Positions 1 to 9,602 of a stretch of DNA of 64,000 bases are shown piece by piece. Source of the stretch: Archangium sp. Lineage in GTDB: Bacteria; Myxococcota; Myxococcia; Myxococcales; Myxococcaceae. The notes beneath the pieces are model-generated. The model had not been told where the DNA came from and searched no databases. It saw only the letters and a program-made list of their open reading frames with translations. The number at the start of each line of letters is the position of its first letter. Within the stretch, counting starts at the first letter, position 1. The translations under genes were made by a program, and so were the position numbers. The stretch lies in the NCBI GenBank assembly GCA_031367385.1, contig JANLPS010000019.1, positions 1-64,000 of the forward strand. Direction: 5' to 3'.

Positions 1-87
1 GTCGCCCGGCAACCCCAGAGGAACTACCGCGAACGAATCCTCGAGCCGCATATGAAAGCTCCCCGCAAACCAGAGCTCCCTCTATGA
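1..87 (+). CDS. Possible 3' end of a CDS entering from the left edge (…ILEPHMKAPRKPELPL*)
   Basis: Frame 1 is open from base 1 to TGA at 85-87; too short to identify. Confidence 0.3.
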   Translation, partial: VARQPQRNYRERILEPHMKAPRKPELPL

Positions 88-137
88 TCCTCCCGCGACG
101 CCCGCACAAGCGCCGTCCTAACTGATCGGCATTGCGT

Positions 138-1040
138 TTAGTCGGGCTCGGGCACTCCCGACGCATCGTTGATCGCCAGCACCTCGGGTCGCCGCGCCAA
201 TTCACGAACGGCACCCAAAGTCGTCTGCAGCGTGATCGACGAACCCTCGATCAATTGGCCATCGGCACCGAGCGAGGCCAAGAGCTTGGTGATGCCGGGG
301 GTGATCGCTCCGAGCGAGACCTCGACCGTGGTTCGCCGCTGGGCGTTCGCCGAAAAAAATTCAGCGATGCGCTGAAGGTCTTTCGGGCGCTCGGCGAAGC
401 ACCCAGTGCCGAAGAGCCCCACGCCGACTTTGTACAGTGGCTCCATCAGCCCAACCCACCGAACCTCGGGCATCGTGGCCAGCTTCGTCGCCTGCCTGCG
501 CGTGAGCATCATGTAGAAATTGCCATCGCCGCTCAGGGGGGCCACGGTCCACTCCGGGTCTTTCAGGAAATACGCGAAGCGCTCGAACCAGTCTTCGGTC
601 TGCGAGGCAAATGGGGTGCGAAGCATGACCGCGTAGGGCACCTTGAGCCCTGGCTTGGCCTCGAGCGACCAGCCCGGCACCCAGAGCAGAGGCTCGAGCC
701 GGGAGTGACCGGTCACGTCGAGCACGACGCCGCTGAAGGCAATGCGGGGGAGGTGCTCTTCGACGATGAGGTCTTCGCGTTTGCGCAGGGCCTCGGCTTG
801 CAGACGGTCGGCCGTGACCAGGGCGGCATGAATGGCGTCGCTCGTGCCAATGACATCGTGCGTTTGGCTGCGAAGGGCCGCGACCTTGGCCTCGAAGGCC
901 TCGGAGGACAGCTCTCCGAAGGTGAGCTTGAGCTCTTCGAAGCGAGTCGGTGGTCGATAGGGCGGGCACTCCTCGTCGAGCGGCTCAGCGCGACCGACGA
1001 GGGGCAAGACCAGCAACATCAGGGCGAATTGTTTGAACAT
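138..1040 (-). CDS. Secreted hypothetical protein resembling a KP-43-type subtilase (S8) propeptide, without a catalytic domain
   Basis: Signal peptide MFKQFALMLLVLPLVGRA; GGAG RBS upstream; LATMPEVRWVGLMEPLYKV and ELARRPEVLAI resemble S8 prodomain motifs. Confidence 0.7.
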   Translation of the reverse strand: MFKQFALMLLVLPLVGRAEPLDEECPPYRPPTRFEELKLTFGELSSEAFEAKVAALRSQTHDVIGTSDAIHAALVTADRLQAEALRKREDLIVEEHLPRIAFSGVVLDVTGHSRLEPLLWVPGWSLEAKPGLKVPYAVMLRTPFASQTEDWFERFAYFLKDPEWTVAPLSGDGNFYMMLTRRQATKLATMPEVRWVGLMEPLYKVGVGLFGTGCFAERPKDLQRIAEFFSANAQRRTTVEVSLGAITPGITKLLASLGADGQLIEGSSITLQTTLGAVRELARRPEVLAINDASGVPEPD

Positions 1041-1090
1041 GGTTCTCCTGCCACGCGGGCCTTGAATTGAAATTCAGATAGAACGGCCCG

Positions 1091-1450
1091 ATGACCGCGA
1101 TTCGCGTCGCTTGCCTGCTTCTGCTGGTACTTGCTGGCGCTGGCTGCCGGTACTTCAACCGAGTGCCGATCACCTCGGCGCTGCCGAGCGGTGAGTCACT
1201 GAAGCTCTCACATACCCAAGTCTGCGTGGGTGACAGCGACCCCATCGAACTCAAGGTCGAACCGGCCACGCGGCTCGAGTGGTCACTGATCGATGCAAAA
1301 GAGCAGACGGTTCGAACCGGCGAGTTGCTCGGTGATTTTCGTCTCGATGTCGGGGCGCTGCCGGTCATGCGCTACAAGGTCGTGGTGCGTCTGAAGAATG
1401 AGCAAACGCTCGAGGCCCCATTCGAGATCTCTCACTGCTTCTTTTTGTGA
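1091..1450 (+). CDS. Hypothetical lipoprotein
   Basis: Hydrophobic signal with lipobox-like LAGAGC; beta-rich mature region. Confidence 0.7.
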   Translation: MTAIRVACLLLLVLAGAGCRYFNRVPITSALPSGESLKLSHTQVCVGDSDPIELKVEPATRLEWSLIDAKEQTVRTGELLGDFRLDVGALPVMRYKVVVRLKNEQTLEAPFEISHCFFL

Positions 1451-1463
1451 AATCGCGGGCCGG

Positions 1464-1715
1464 CTACGCGTTCGCGAAGACTCGCCGCGCGACGAGAATC
1501 ACCAGCGCCAGCACCACCAGACCCACGCCGCCAATCACATACGTTCGTGCCTTGCTCGAGGGCTTGTTGAGCTTCGGGTAGCACTCGGCGCAGTACACCT
1601 CATCGCTGGCAGAAATCTCGGCGCACATCGCGCAGACGAACGAGCCGCACCTCGCGCACACATCGACCGCGACTGATGGGTGCCGCGCGCACCTGGCACC
1701 CGCCTCGATGCTCAC
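1464..1715 (-). CDS. Small B-box-like zinc-finger membrane protein
   Basis: CARH…CARC…CAMC…CAEC followed by a C-terminal TM helix; start overlaps the upstream stop. Confidence 0.75.
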   Translation of the reverse strand: MSIEAGARCARHPSVAVDVCARCGSFVCAMCAEISASDEVYCAECYPKLNKPSSKARTYVIGGVGLVVLALVILVARRVFANA

Positions 1716-2137
1716 GGAAACGGTTGCCTCATGACCAGAAAGTACGAAAAACGCAGCGCGCCGAACCCGACGAAGGCCAGCAGCACCACCTGATACCCGC
1801 GCGCCAACCCAGCGCCCACGCGATCGAGTCGCGCCTCGATGCGCTTCACCAGCCCGCGCGGCAACACCGCCAGCACCGCCAAGAAGAGAAACACCGGCCA
1901 GACGAAGAGCACGAAGGGGTTGGCCCCCAGTGCCACCAAGAATTCACCCTGCGAGACCGCCGCGACCGCGCGAGAGAGCCCACACCCTGGGCACGGCAGC
2001 CCGGTCAGCGCGTGCAGCCAACACAAGTCGAACCCCAACCCACCCACCGGGAAAACGAACGACACCAGCATCACCGCCAGCGCGAGCCACCGCGAGAACG
2101 GAGTCAGCAAGGCCCGATGCGTCCACCCGACGGCCAT
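1712..2137 (-). CDS. DUF2752-family membrane protein
   Basis: CWLHALTGLPCPGCGLSRA signature, NP motif and TM segments. Confidence 0.85.
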   Translation of the reverse strand: MAVGWTHRALLTPFSRWLALAVMLVSFVFPVGGLGFDLCWLHALTGLPCPGCGLSRAVAAVSQGEFLVALGANPFVLFVWPVFLFLAVLAVLPRGLVKRIEARLDRVGAGLARGYQVVLLAFVGFGALRFSYFLVMRQPFP

Positions 2138-2141
2138 GCGC

Positions 2142-3284
2142 TCACCTCTTTCGGGCGCTCAACGTGACCTCGTCACGGTCATGGTAGAGCTGGCGAATAC
2201 GAATGTGGGCCCACCCCGCGTCTTCGAGCGTCGCGCGTACCCGCACCAGCATCGGCAGCTTGTCTTTCATCGGCAGCTTGATGTTCGAGATCACCTGCGA
2301 GGTCCACCCGCGGCGGCCCCACTTGGCGATCAGCTGCGCGACCTCGAGCGGCCTCCAGGCCATGTCGCAGAAGAGCCAATCAACCGGGTCAGCCGGCTCG
2401 AACTGAAACGCGCTCTCCTTGAAGTGCCGAACCTTGGCGTGCTTCGCGACGTCGGGGGCGAGGTTGGCCGGGTCGACGCTCCAGACCCGAGCGCCGCGCT
2501 CGAGCAACCGGCGGGTCCACCCTCCAGGAGCCGAGCCCAGGTCGACACAGAGGTCTCCGCGACCGGGCGAAACGCCGTACCACTCGATGGCCTCGTCGAG
2601 CTTCATCGCGGCCCGAGAGGGCGACTCGCCGGTGCGCTTCATGCGCGTGCGACCGCCCGCCGCCACCGACAGCGCCTGCCGCGCCGGCACGTGGCCCACC
2701 GCCGCCAACCGCGGAGCCACCAGGCACACCTGGCCCAGCAGCGCGTTCGCCTCCCACGCCTTCCACGGGTTTTCGGGCGAGCCCACCCGCGCTTCACGCA
2801 GCGTCGCCTCCCATGCGGCGGCCTCGCTGCTCCAGCCATTGGCCAGCGTCGAGTCGGGCACCCACCCCTGCACCAGCAACGGCCCCGAGGGAAAAATCAC
2901 TTCGTCGACCGTCTTCGCCAAGCGCTCGACCCGAAAGCCCATGCGCGCGAACACCGGAGGATCTCCGCGAACGGCATCGCTCTCGACCAGCGTCGGCCCC
3001 AACAGCTTGGGCTTGCCCTTCGACCAGGCGAGCTCTTCGAACAGGTGCGCCTCGAAGCCCTCGCGGCAGGTCCACAGCCAGCGGCCGACGGTGGGTTCGA
3101 TGGTCGAGCGCGGCACCGGGCCAGATCGCACCCGCGGCGGCACCGGCACCAACCGCGGAGTATCGGGGCGAGGCGTCGACACCTGGTGCCATTGACGACT
3201 CTTCGGTTTGACCAGCGCCTTGCCTTTTCGTTGCCGCACGGCGCGAAGCCTTACCGCACCCTCCTCGGAAACGAGCGCTCTCAC
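2142..3284 (-). CDS. rlmM: 23S rRNA C2498 2'-O-methyltransferase RlmM-like (FtsJ family); true start probably downstream of 3284
   Basis: PSRAAMKLDEA, VDLGSAPGGWT, DWLFCDMAWRP, NIKLPMK, QLYHDRDEVT. Confidence 0.85.
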   Translation of the reverse strand: MRALVSEEGAVRLRAVRQRKGKALVKPKSRQWHQVSTPRPDTPRLVPVPPRVRSGPVPRSTIEPTVGRWLWTCREGFEAHLFEELAWSKGKPKLLGPTLVESDAVRGDPPVFARMGFRVERLAKTVDEVIFPSGPLLVQGWVPDSTLANGWSSEAAAWEATLREARVGSPENPWKAWEANALLGQVCLVAPRLAAVGHVPARQALSVAAGGRTRMKRTGESPSRAAMKLDEAIEWYGVSPGRGDLCVDLGSAPGGWTRRLLERGARVWSVDPANLAPDVAKHAKVRHFKESAFQFEPADPVDWLFCDMAWRPLEVAQLIAKWGRRGWTSQVISNIKLPMKDKLPMLVRVRATLEDAGWAHIRIRQLYHDRDEVTLSARKR

Positions 3285-3383
3285 CTCGCGAGAACGGCGA
3301 AATGACCTTGTGCGTCAATGAATTCGCGTGCTTCTGTGGGCGCTTGCAAGGCAGGTGATGAGATGTGGTAGGCGCGCTCACCT

Positions 3384-4334
3384 ATGATTCAAAACCGCGT
3401 TCACGTGATCGGGTTCGTAGTGGCATTCGCGCTGGTCGGCATCGGCTGCGGTGAAGCGCCGCCGAACGTCGTCGATGCTGGCCGTGTCTCGACCACCTTC
3501 GGCGATGCGGGCCGGCTTGATGCGGGCGTGGTCACCACGGTCGACGCGGGGTTCACCTGGGTCGACACCGGCGGCTATGACGCAGGGTGGATCTACATGA
3601 ACGGCGACGGCGGCATCGACGGTGGGGCCGACGGCGGCTGCCAGCTGACGATGTGCTTCACCGGCGCCGTGTCACGAGGCGGCTCGAACACGCCCTTCGA
3701 CGAGATCTGCGACAACGCCGCGATACCCGGCGTGATTCGCAGCTGCGACGCGCTCAATTGCTACAACACCTTCAACACCTTCGGCATCAGCTCGTCATCG
3801 CTGTACGCGAAGCTGTTCGCGGCGCTCGACACCAACGGCGACAACAAGGTCAACGGGCTCGATCGCGCCTGCAAAGCGAACCTGCTCGGCTATTCGTGGG
3901 GCGGCGTTGCGGCGGTCGAGGTTGCCTCGCAGCTGGCCAGTGACAGCCGGGTCGAGGGCGATTCACGGCGAGTGACCCGCCTCTTCGTGATGGACGCATA
4001 CCAGCCGCTCAAGACGCTGACGGTGCCCAACAACGTCGACCGCTTCATCGAATACCGCCACTCGGTCTCGCCCTCGAATGACTGCTCGCGCGGCGTCATC
4101 GGCGGCCCGTACGAAGGCATTCGCCCGAAGTGCTACCCGAACCAGAGCTGCTTCGATTACGACTACTCGCAGACCCCCAACAGCACGTACCCCGCTTCCA
4201 ACGGGTCGATGTACTCGGGCAGCCAAATCGGTCACTGCGAAGTGCCGGCCGTCGCCGCTCCGGCGATCATCGCCGAGTTCAAGGGCCTGCCGTACGCGTA
4301 CATGCCGACCCAGGTTCCGGTCAGCTCGCCGTAA
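3384..4334 (+). CDS. Lipoprotein with DAG linker repeats and alpha/beta-hydrolase domain
   Basis: Lipobox VGIGC; nucleophile elbow GYSWG; EF-hand-like loop DTNGDNKVNGLD; C-terminal His (GHCEV). Confidence 0.75.
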   Translation: MIQNRVHVIGFVVAFALVGIGCGEAPPNVVDAGRVSTTFGDAGRLDAGVVTTVDAGFTWVDTGGYDAGWIYMNGDGGIDGGADGGCQLTMCFTGAVSRGGSNTPFDEICDNAAIPGVIRSCDALNCYNTFNTFGISSSSLYAKLFAALDTNGDNKVNGLDRACKANLLGYSWGGVAAVEVASQLASDSRVEGDSRRVTRLFVMDAYQPLKTLTVPNNVDRFIEYRHSVSPSNDCSRGVIGGPYEGIRPKCYPNQSCFDYDYSQTPNSTYPASNGSMYSGSQIGHCEVPAVAAPAIIAEFKGLPYAYMPTQVPVSSP

Positions 4335-4410
4335 GTCGTTTCGTACCGCTTCACCTTGGGGGCGTGCCGCTGGCGCGCCTCGTCTCGAAGCTTCGAAAGC
4401 GAAAATACGC

Positions 4411-5718
4411 ATGACGCTGACTCGCACGGTTCTCTTCGCAGTCGTGGTCGCGGCCCCCACTCTCTTCAGCGGCTGCGAGAGCGGCGGCGAGCGGGCGGGC
4501 AATGGCAAACAGCGCCCGACCATCGAAGGCGCGGCGCCTGACGATTCGGTGTCGCTCGACCTCAATACCGAGCTGCGCGACGCGGGCCGTCGGGTCGATG
4601 CGGGCCAGCGTGACGCAGGCCTGACTGATGCGGGCCCGGTGGCGGTCACGCCGTGCACGGCGTTCGAACCCAATGACACGGTGGCGACGGCTGCTTTCGT
4701 CGACGGCGGCGGCGTCTTTCAGGGCCTGGGCATCTGCGGCAAAGACGTCGACGTCTTCGCGGTGCGAGTGCCCGCGAACACGGTGCTGACCGCGACCATC
4801 GAGTTCAGCAACGACGCCGGCGACCTCGATTTGTACCTGACCGACGGCACCCTCACCGCAGATGGCGGCATGAAGATCATTGGCCGGTCGGAGGGCTCGG
4901 CCGACGGAGAAGAAATACCGAACTACCCCTCGGCCACCGAGCGCACGCTCTACGTCGTGACCAAGGGCTGGCTGCGCCCTGACGCGGGCACTCCCGACAA
5001 CGGGCCGTACAGCCTGAGCCTGAACGTCGGGCCGGTGAACGCCGACCGCGACTGCCTGACGAATTGCCGCGACCTCGTGCAGCTGTCGGCCTCGGCCACC
5101 AAGTCGAGCACCCAGGCGAAGAGCGATGGCTACTACCGGGTCTCTCCCACCAAGTACGTCTGGGCGCGGCGCGACCTGTTAGGGCTGATCAAGTACGGCG
5201 TGAAAGCCGTGCAGGCCCGCTTTCCCGCGTCGATGAGCGATGCGGTCGGCATCTCAGACCTCTGTCAGGCCGACGGCAAGACGCCCGGTACCGACGTGGG
5301 CTCGCCGCGGCACCCGACCACCACCCACGTGCGCGGCAAAGACGGCGACATCGCGTACTTTCAATCAGACGCTGACGGCTCGCAGTACGAGATCATCTGC
5401 GGCGATGGCACCGACACCAACGGCAACGGAGTCGCCGGGCGCTACAACGACGGCTACTTCTGCACGACCAACGACAACGTCGTCGACGTGCCGCGCCAGG
5501 TGTGGTTCATGGCGAAGCTGGCTGAGTCGCCGTACTACCGCGTCATCGGCATCGACCAGACGCTGGCGAAGCCGTTCACCGACGAAGCCCAGCGCCTGCT
5601 CGACAACAAAGAGATCACCGGCGGCCAGTTTCGCCGTCTCACCGATGGCCTGGGCTACGGCGCCGAGGGTGGCTGGCAGTTTCACCAGCACCACTTTCAC
5701 GTGAGCCTCAGCGAATAG
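4411..5718 (+). CDS. Lipoprotein with PPC-like domain and MepA/M74-like murein endopeptidase domain
   Basis: Lipobox LFSGC; FEPND…DVDVF…GDLDLYL PPC-like module; ISDLCQADG…HPTTTHVRGKDGDIAY and C-terminal HHFHVSL (HxH) zinc-peptidase motifs. Confidence 0.7.
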   Translation: MTLTRTVLFAVVVAAPTLFSGCESGGERAGNGKQRPTIEGAAPDDSVSLDLNTELRDAGRRVDAGQRDAGLTDAGPVAVTPCTAFEPNDTVATAAFVDGGGVFQGLGICGKDVDVFAVRVPANTVLTATIEFSNDAGDLDLYLTDGTLTADGGMKIIGRSEGSADGEEIPNYPSATERTLYVVTKGWLRPDAGTPDNGPYSLSLNVGPVNADRDCLTNCRDLVQLSASATKSSTQAKSDGYYRVSPTKYVWARRDLLGLIKYGVKAVQARFPASMSDAVGISDLCQADGKTPGTDVGSPRHPTTTHVRGKDGDIAYFQSDADGSQYEIICGDGTDTNGNGVAGRYNDGYFCTTNDNVVDVPRQVWFMAKLAESPYYRVIGIDQTLAKPFTDEAQRLLDNKEITGGQFRRLTDGLGYGAEGGWQFHQHHFHVSLSE

Positions 5719-5743
5719 CCTGACGTAGGGTGCGCTCGTGTCG

Positions 5744-6868
5744 ATGCGCCTCATCGCTGTGCTGCTGTTGGCGACCGGGTGCGCGCACTCGTCGCGGCCC
5801 GAGGTGCGGCCTTCACTGTCGATTGACGAGGTGACTCCGCTCTTCTTGCCCAAGGTGCAAGACGCCGAGGGGTGGGCGCGCGACCTGGTGCTGGCGCTCG
5901 AGACGAACCGGCTGCCGGTCGACCTGACCCACGTGTGCTCGGTGATTGCCGTCGCCGAGCAAGAGTCGGGTGTGCAAGCCAACCCGGCGGTCGCGGGGCT
6001 ACCGGCCATCGCGCGCAAGGCCCTGGCCGAGAAGGCCAAGACCCTCGGGCCGTTCGGGCCGATGGTGCTTGAGAAATTGCTCGAGGGTAGAGCACCGGGC
6101 ACCACCAAGACCTTCGAGCAGCGGCTCGATGGGCTGCGCACCGAAGCCGACCTCGATCTGCTCTTTCGCGACATTCTGGCCGACCACCAGCGGCGCAGCC
6201 CGGTGCTCTACGCCGCCGCCAATGCCGGCTCGACCCTGTTCGGCTCAGGGGGTCTCGAAGACAAGAACCCTGTCACGACCGCTGGCTCGATGCAGGTGAG
6301 CGTGCGGTTTGCCCAGGAGCACGCGGCCACCCTGCACCGCGACCAAGAGCGCGTGCGCGACGAGCTGTACACCCGCGCGGGCGGCCTGCTCTACGGGTCG
6401 GCGCGGTTGTGGGCGTTCGAGGCGGGGTACGACTCGATGCAGTACCGCTTCGCCGACTACAACGCTGGGGCGTACACCAGCCGAAACGCGGCGTTTCAAG
6501 AACAGCTGGCGGCGCTGACCAAGGCGACCCTCGCGCTCGACGGAGACCTGCTCTCGTACAACGCGGGCGGCGATGTGAAGTCTGATGACACCCAGACCAT
6601 GAGCGCCCTGCGAGAATTTCGAGACGAGAGCGGGCTCAAGCTCAACGTCGAGCGCGACGCGCGAAAAGAAAAGAGCCTCGACTTCGAGCGCACCGAGACC
6701 TGGGCTGCGGTACGGGCGGCATACGAGGCGAAGCGAACGCGGGCGCCCTACGCACGGCTGCCCGATGTCGTGCTCAAGTCACCGAAGCTGTCACGACCGC
6801 TGTCGACCGCGTGGTTCGCCCAGGCCGTCGAGAAGCGGTACCAGGCGTGCCTCGCCCGAGGGCAGTGA
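5744..6868 (+). CDS. DUF1615 (YaiW-like) lipoprotein
   Basis: Lipobox LATGC; CSVIAVAEQES, NPVTTAGSMQVSVRFA, YRFADYNAGAYTSRNAAFQ, SPKLSRPLSTAWFA. Confidence 0.85.
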   Translation: MRLIAVLLLATGCAHSSRPEVRPSLSIDEVTPLFLPKVQDAEGWARDLVLALETNRLPVDLTHVCSVIAVAEQESGVQANPAVAGLPAIARKALAEKAKTLGPFGPMVLEKLLEGRAPGTTKTFEQRLDGLRTEADLDLLFRDILADHQRRSPVLYAAANAGSTLFGSGGLEDKNPVTTAGSMQVSVRFAQEHAATLHRDQERVRDELYTRAGGLLYGSARLWAFEAGYDSMQYRFADYNAGAYTSRNAAFQEQLAALTKATLALDGDLLSYNAGGDVKSDDTQTMSALREFRDESGLKLNVERDARKEKSLDFERTETWAAVRAAYEAKRTRAPYARLPDVVLKSPKLSRPLSTAWFAQAVEKRYQACLARGQ

Positions 6869-6880
6869 GCTGCCGATGCT

Positions 6881-6956
6881 CCGTTCGTCGTGAGTGAAGT
6901 CGAACGACCCATTTCGTGACGAGGGCCTCATCCTCCGAGAACCTCAGGGTGAGCGG
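6881..6956. repeat. REP-like intergenic palindromic element (copy 1)
   Basis: CCGTTCGTCGTGAG…TCGAA…CCTCCGAGAACCTCAGGGTGAGCGG between convergent genes; matches 43489-43580. Confidence 0.75.
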
Positions 6957-6965
6957 CTGTTCGGC

Positions 6966-7625
6966 TCAGGTGCCGAACAGGTCAGTCAGGTGACCGTACT
7001 TGGCCCTGTAGTCCGCTAATGATTGCCGAATGGTCTCATGGGCTTCGGAGCGATCGTAGATCTCGGCGATCTCGACCGGCGGCTTCGGAGCGTCGGGCAG
7101 TTGCTTGTAGGTCAAGAAGTAGTGACGCAGGCGATCGACCAGCGCGGTCGGCACGTCTTTGATGTCTTTCCACCCGCCGTAGACCGAGTCGCCCTTGAGC
7201 ACCGCGATGATCTTGTCGTCGGCTTGGTTGCCGTCGATCATTCGCAGGCCGCCAATCGGTATCGCCTCGACCAAAATCGACCCGTGCTGAATCGGCTTCT
7301 CGGTCAGCACGCAGACGTCAATCGGGTCGCCATCACCGGCGATGTTCGCCCGGCCCGTGCGTTGCGCGCAGCGCGCTCCGACCAGCGCGTCACACAGCGT
7401 TCTGGGCACGAACCCATACAAGCACGGCGGCTGATTCGAATACCGCTGCGGCCGGTCGAGCTTCAAGATGCCCGTCGGCTTGTCGACCTCGTATTTTACC
7501 GCGTCGGTCGGCACCATCTCGATGTAGCAGGTGACCTGCTCGGGTGAATTCGGCCCCGGTGTCACCCCGTGCCACGGGTGCGCCTGAAAAAAGAGCCCCA
7601 GCGCCTGCGTCAAATTCGGAGTCAT
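6966..7625 (-). CDS. ppa: Inorganic pyrophosphatase (family I)
   Basis: AHPWHG, KYEVDK, YGFVPRT, DGDPIDV, DDKIIAV. Confidence 0.95.
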   Translation of the reverse strand: MTPNLTQALGLFFQAHPWHGVTPGPNSPEQVTCYIEMVPTDAVKYEVDKPTGILKLDRPQRYSNQPPCLYGFVPRTLCDALVGARCAQRTGRANIAGDGDPIDVCVLTEKPIQHGSILVEAIPIGGLRMIDGNQADDKIIAVLKGDSVYGGWKDIKDVPTALVDRLRHYFLTYKQLPDAPKPPVEIAEIYDRSEAHETIRQSLADYRAKYGHLTDLFGT

Positions 7626-7642
7626 GCCCGCACCGTAGTCTT

Positions 7643-8392
7643 TCAGCCCCCGGGCCGCAGGTTCTTCAGAGCCGCCTCGGCCGCGCCGACGTCTTCGGGG
7701 CGATCGACCGAGACGCTCCCTTGCGCAGTGACCCGGCAGGCGATGCGCACACCATGTGCCAGGGCCCGCAGCTGCTCCAGTGACTCCGCGCGCTCCAGAG
7801 CGGTCGGGGCCAGGCTCGCCACTCGCAACAAGGTGGCCTTGCGATACGCGTAGATGCCCAGGTGCGCCCAGCGTGGAGGGCTCGGCTGATTGACCTCGCG
7901 CTGAAACGGAATATCGGCGCGCGAAAAATAGAGCGCGTGCTGGGTCGCATCGAGCACGACCTTGACGATGTTCGGGTTGGTTCGCTCGTCTTCGGCCAGA
8001 GGTCTGATCAGCGTGCCCATCTCGACCGAGGCCTCGTCGAAGGCCTTCGCCAGAATCTTCAGCGACTCGGGGTGAATCGCCGGCTCGTCGCCTTGCACGT
8101 TGAAGAACACCTGGGCTTCACCCGCGCCTGACGCCCGTGCGACCTCCGCCACCCGGTCGCTGCCCGACGCACAGTGTGGCGAGGTCATCGCCACCGTGCC
8201 TCCAAACCCCCTCACCACCTCGGCGATTCGCTGATCATCGGTCGCCACGATGACCTCTCCGAAGCACCCAGCCTCGACGCAGCGCCTCCACACGTGCTCG
8301 ACCATCGGCTTGCCCAACAGCGGCGCCAACGGCTTGCCCGGAAACCGTTGGGCCGCAAACCTCGAGGGAATCACCGCAATCGGACGGGACAT
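7643..8392 (-). CDS. kdsB: 3-deoxy-manno-octulosonate cytidylyltransferase (CMP-KDO synthetase)
   Basis: IPSRFAAQRFPGKPLA, SGSDR, NVQGDEP, ALYFSR, HLGIYAY, ESLEQLRAL; start set at ATG 8392. Confidence 0.95.
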   Translation of the reverse strand: MSRPIAVIPSRFAAQRFPGKPLAPLLGKPMVEHVWRRCVEAGCFGEVIVATDDQRIAEVVRGFGGTVAMTSPHCASGSDRVAEVARASGAGEAQVFFNVQGDEPAIHPESLKILAKAFDEASVEMGTLIRPLAEDERTNPNIVKVVLDATQHALYFSRADIPFQREVNQPSPPRWAHLGIYAYRKATLLRVASLAPTALERAESLEQLRALAHGVRIACRVTAQGSVSVDRPEDVGAAEAALKNLRPGG

Positions 8393-8540
8393 ACGCCCTG
8401 ATATCGCGGCCTTTCGGCGCTGCGTGAAAAGTCTCGAAAGCTGAGAGTTTGGCCTCGATGGCCGCCCCTTGCCCTGGCAGACAGCGACGTTGCCGGGCCG
8501 GACATGGCCCTTCTCCCGTGGGCCCGTTAAGCACGACACC

Positions 8541-9602
8541 ATGCCTCACCCGACCATTCACGCTGTCTCCCGCGCACTCCCGCCGCACTATGCCGATCAG
8601 GAGCAGCTGATCGCCGCCTTTCGCGCGCTGTGGACCAAGGAACACTTCAACCTGGATCGCCTCGAAGACCTACACCGCTCGGTTCAGGTCGGTGGTCGTC
8701 ACCTGGCGCTCCCCATCGCCGAATATGATGCGCTGACCACGTTTCAAGCGCGCAACGAGGCGTGGACCAAGGCGGCCGTCGAGGTGGGGGCCGACGCCGT
8801 TCGAAAGGCGCTTGCCCAAGCCGGGCTGCAGCCCACCGACATCGACGCCATCTTCTTCGTCACCATCACCGGCCTGGCCACGCCGAGCATCGACGCACGG
8901 CTGGTCAACCGCCTGGGCTTTCGCACCGACATCAAGCGCACGCCCATCTTCGGCCTGGGCTGCGTCGCTGGAGCGGCCGGCATCGCGCGCGTCAGTGACT
9001 ACCTCCGCGCTTACCCGAAGCAGAGCGCCCTGCTGCTCTCGGTCGAGCTCTGCTCTCTGACCTTGCAGCGCACCGACGTCTCCATCGCGAACATCATCGC
9101 CTCGGGCCTGTTCGGAGACGGCGCCGCGGCGGTAGTCATGCGCGGAGCCGAGGTCACGGCAGCCACCGGCCCCCGGGTGGTCGCGACCGAGTCGGTGTTC
9201 TACCCTCAGACCGAGCGCATCATGGGGTGGGACTTCGTCGATTCAGGCTTCAAGATCGTGCTCTCGTCGAAGGTGCCCGAGTTGGTGACGGCGAACATTC
9301 GCGGCAACGTCGATGCCTTCTTGGCCAAGCACGGCCTGACCCGCGCGAACATCGCGCACTGGGTCGCGCACACCGGAGGCCCCAAGGTGCTCGAGGCCTT
9401 CGAGAACACGCTCGAGCTGCCCAAAGATGCGCTGCGGCGATCGTGGGCCTCTCTGCGAGAGGTCGGCAATCTCTCGTCGGCGTCGGTGCTCTTCGTGATG
9501 TCTGAAGTACTCGAGGCCAACGAGGCCAAGCCGGGTGAGTACGGCCTGTTGATGGCGATGGGGCCAGGCTTCTGCGCTGAGCTGGTGTTGCTGCAATGGT
9601 GA
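8541..9602 (+). CDS. ftpA: Type III polyketide synthase (FtpA/SrsA-like)
   Basis: Catalytic Cys-His-Asn in GLGCVAG, HTGGPK and GNLSSAS; LFGDGAAA; MGPGF. Confidence 0.92.
   Translation: MPHPTIHAVSRALPPHYADQEQLIAAFRALWTKEHFNLDRLEDLHRSVQVGGRHLALPIAEYDALTTFQARNEAWTKAAVEVGADAVRKALAQAGLQPTDIDAIFFVTITGLATPSIDARLVNRLGFRTDIKRTPIFGLGCVAGAAGIARVSDYLRAYPKQSALLLSVELCSLTLQRTDVSIANIIASGLFGDGAAAVVMRGAEVTAATGPRVVATESVFYPQTERIMGWDFVDSGFKIVLSSKVPELVTANIRGNVDAFLAKHGLTRANIAHWVAHTGGPKVLEAFENTLELPKDALRRSWASLREVGNLSSASVLFVMSEVLEANEAKPGEYGLLMAMGPGFCAELVLLQW

Noticed and set aside
132..3305. Long + strand ORFs 132-1070 and 1839-3305
   Set aside because: Antisense shadows of better-supported - strand genes, as expected in GC-rich DNA.
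4385..4396. Perfect 12-bp palindrome TCGAAGCTTCGA
   Set aside because: TCGA is very frequent throughout the window, so a chance palindrome is plausible.
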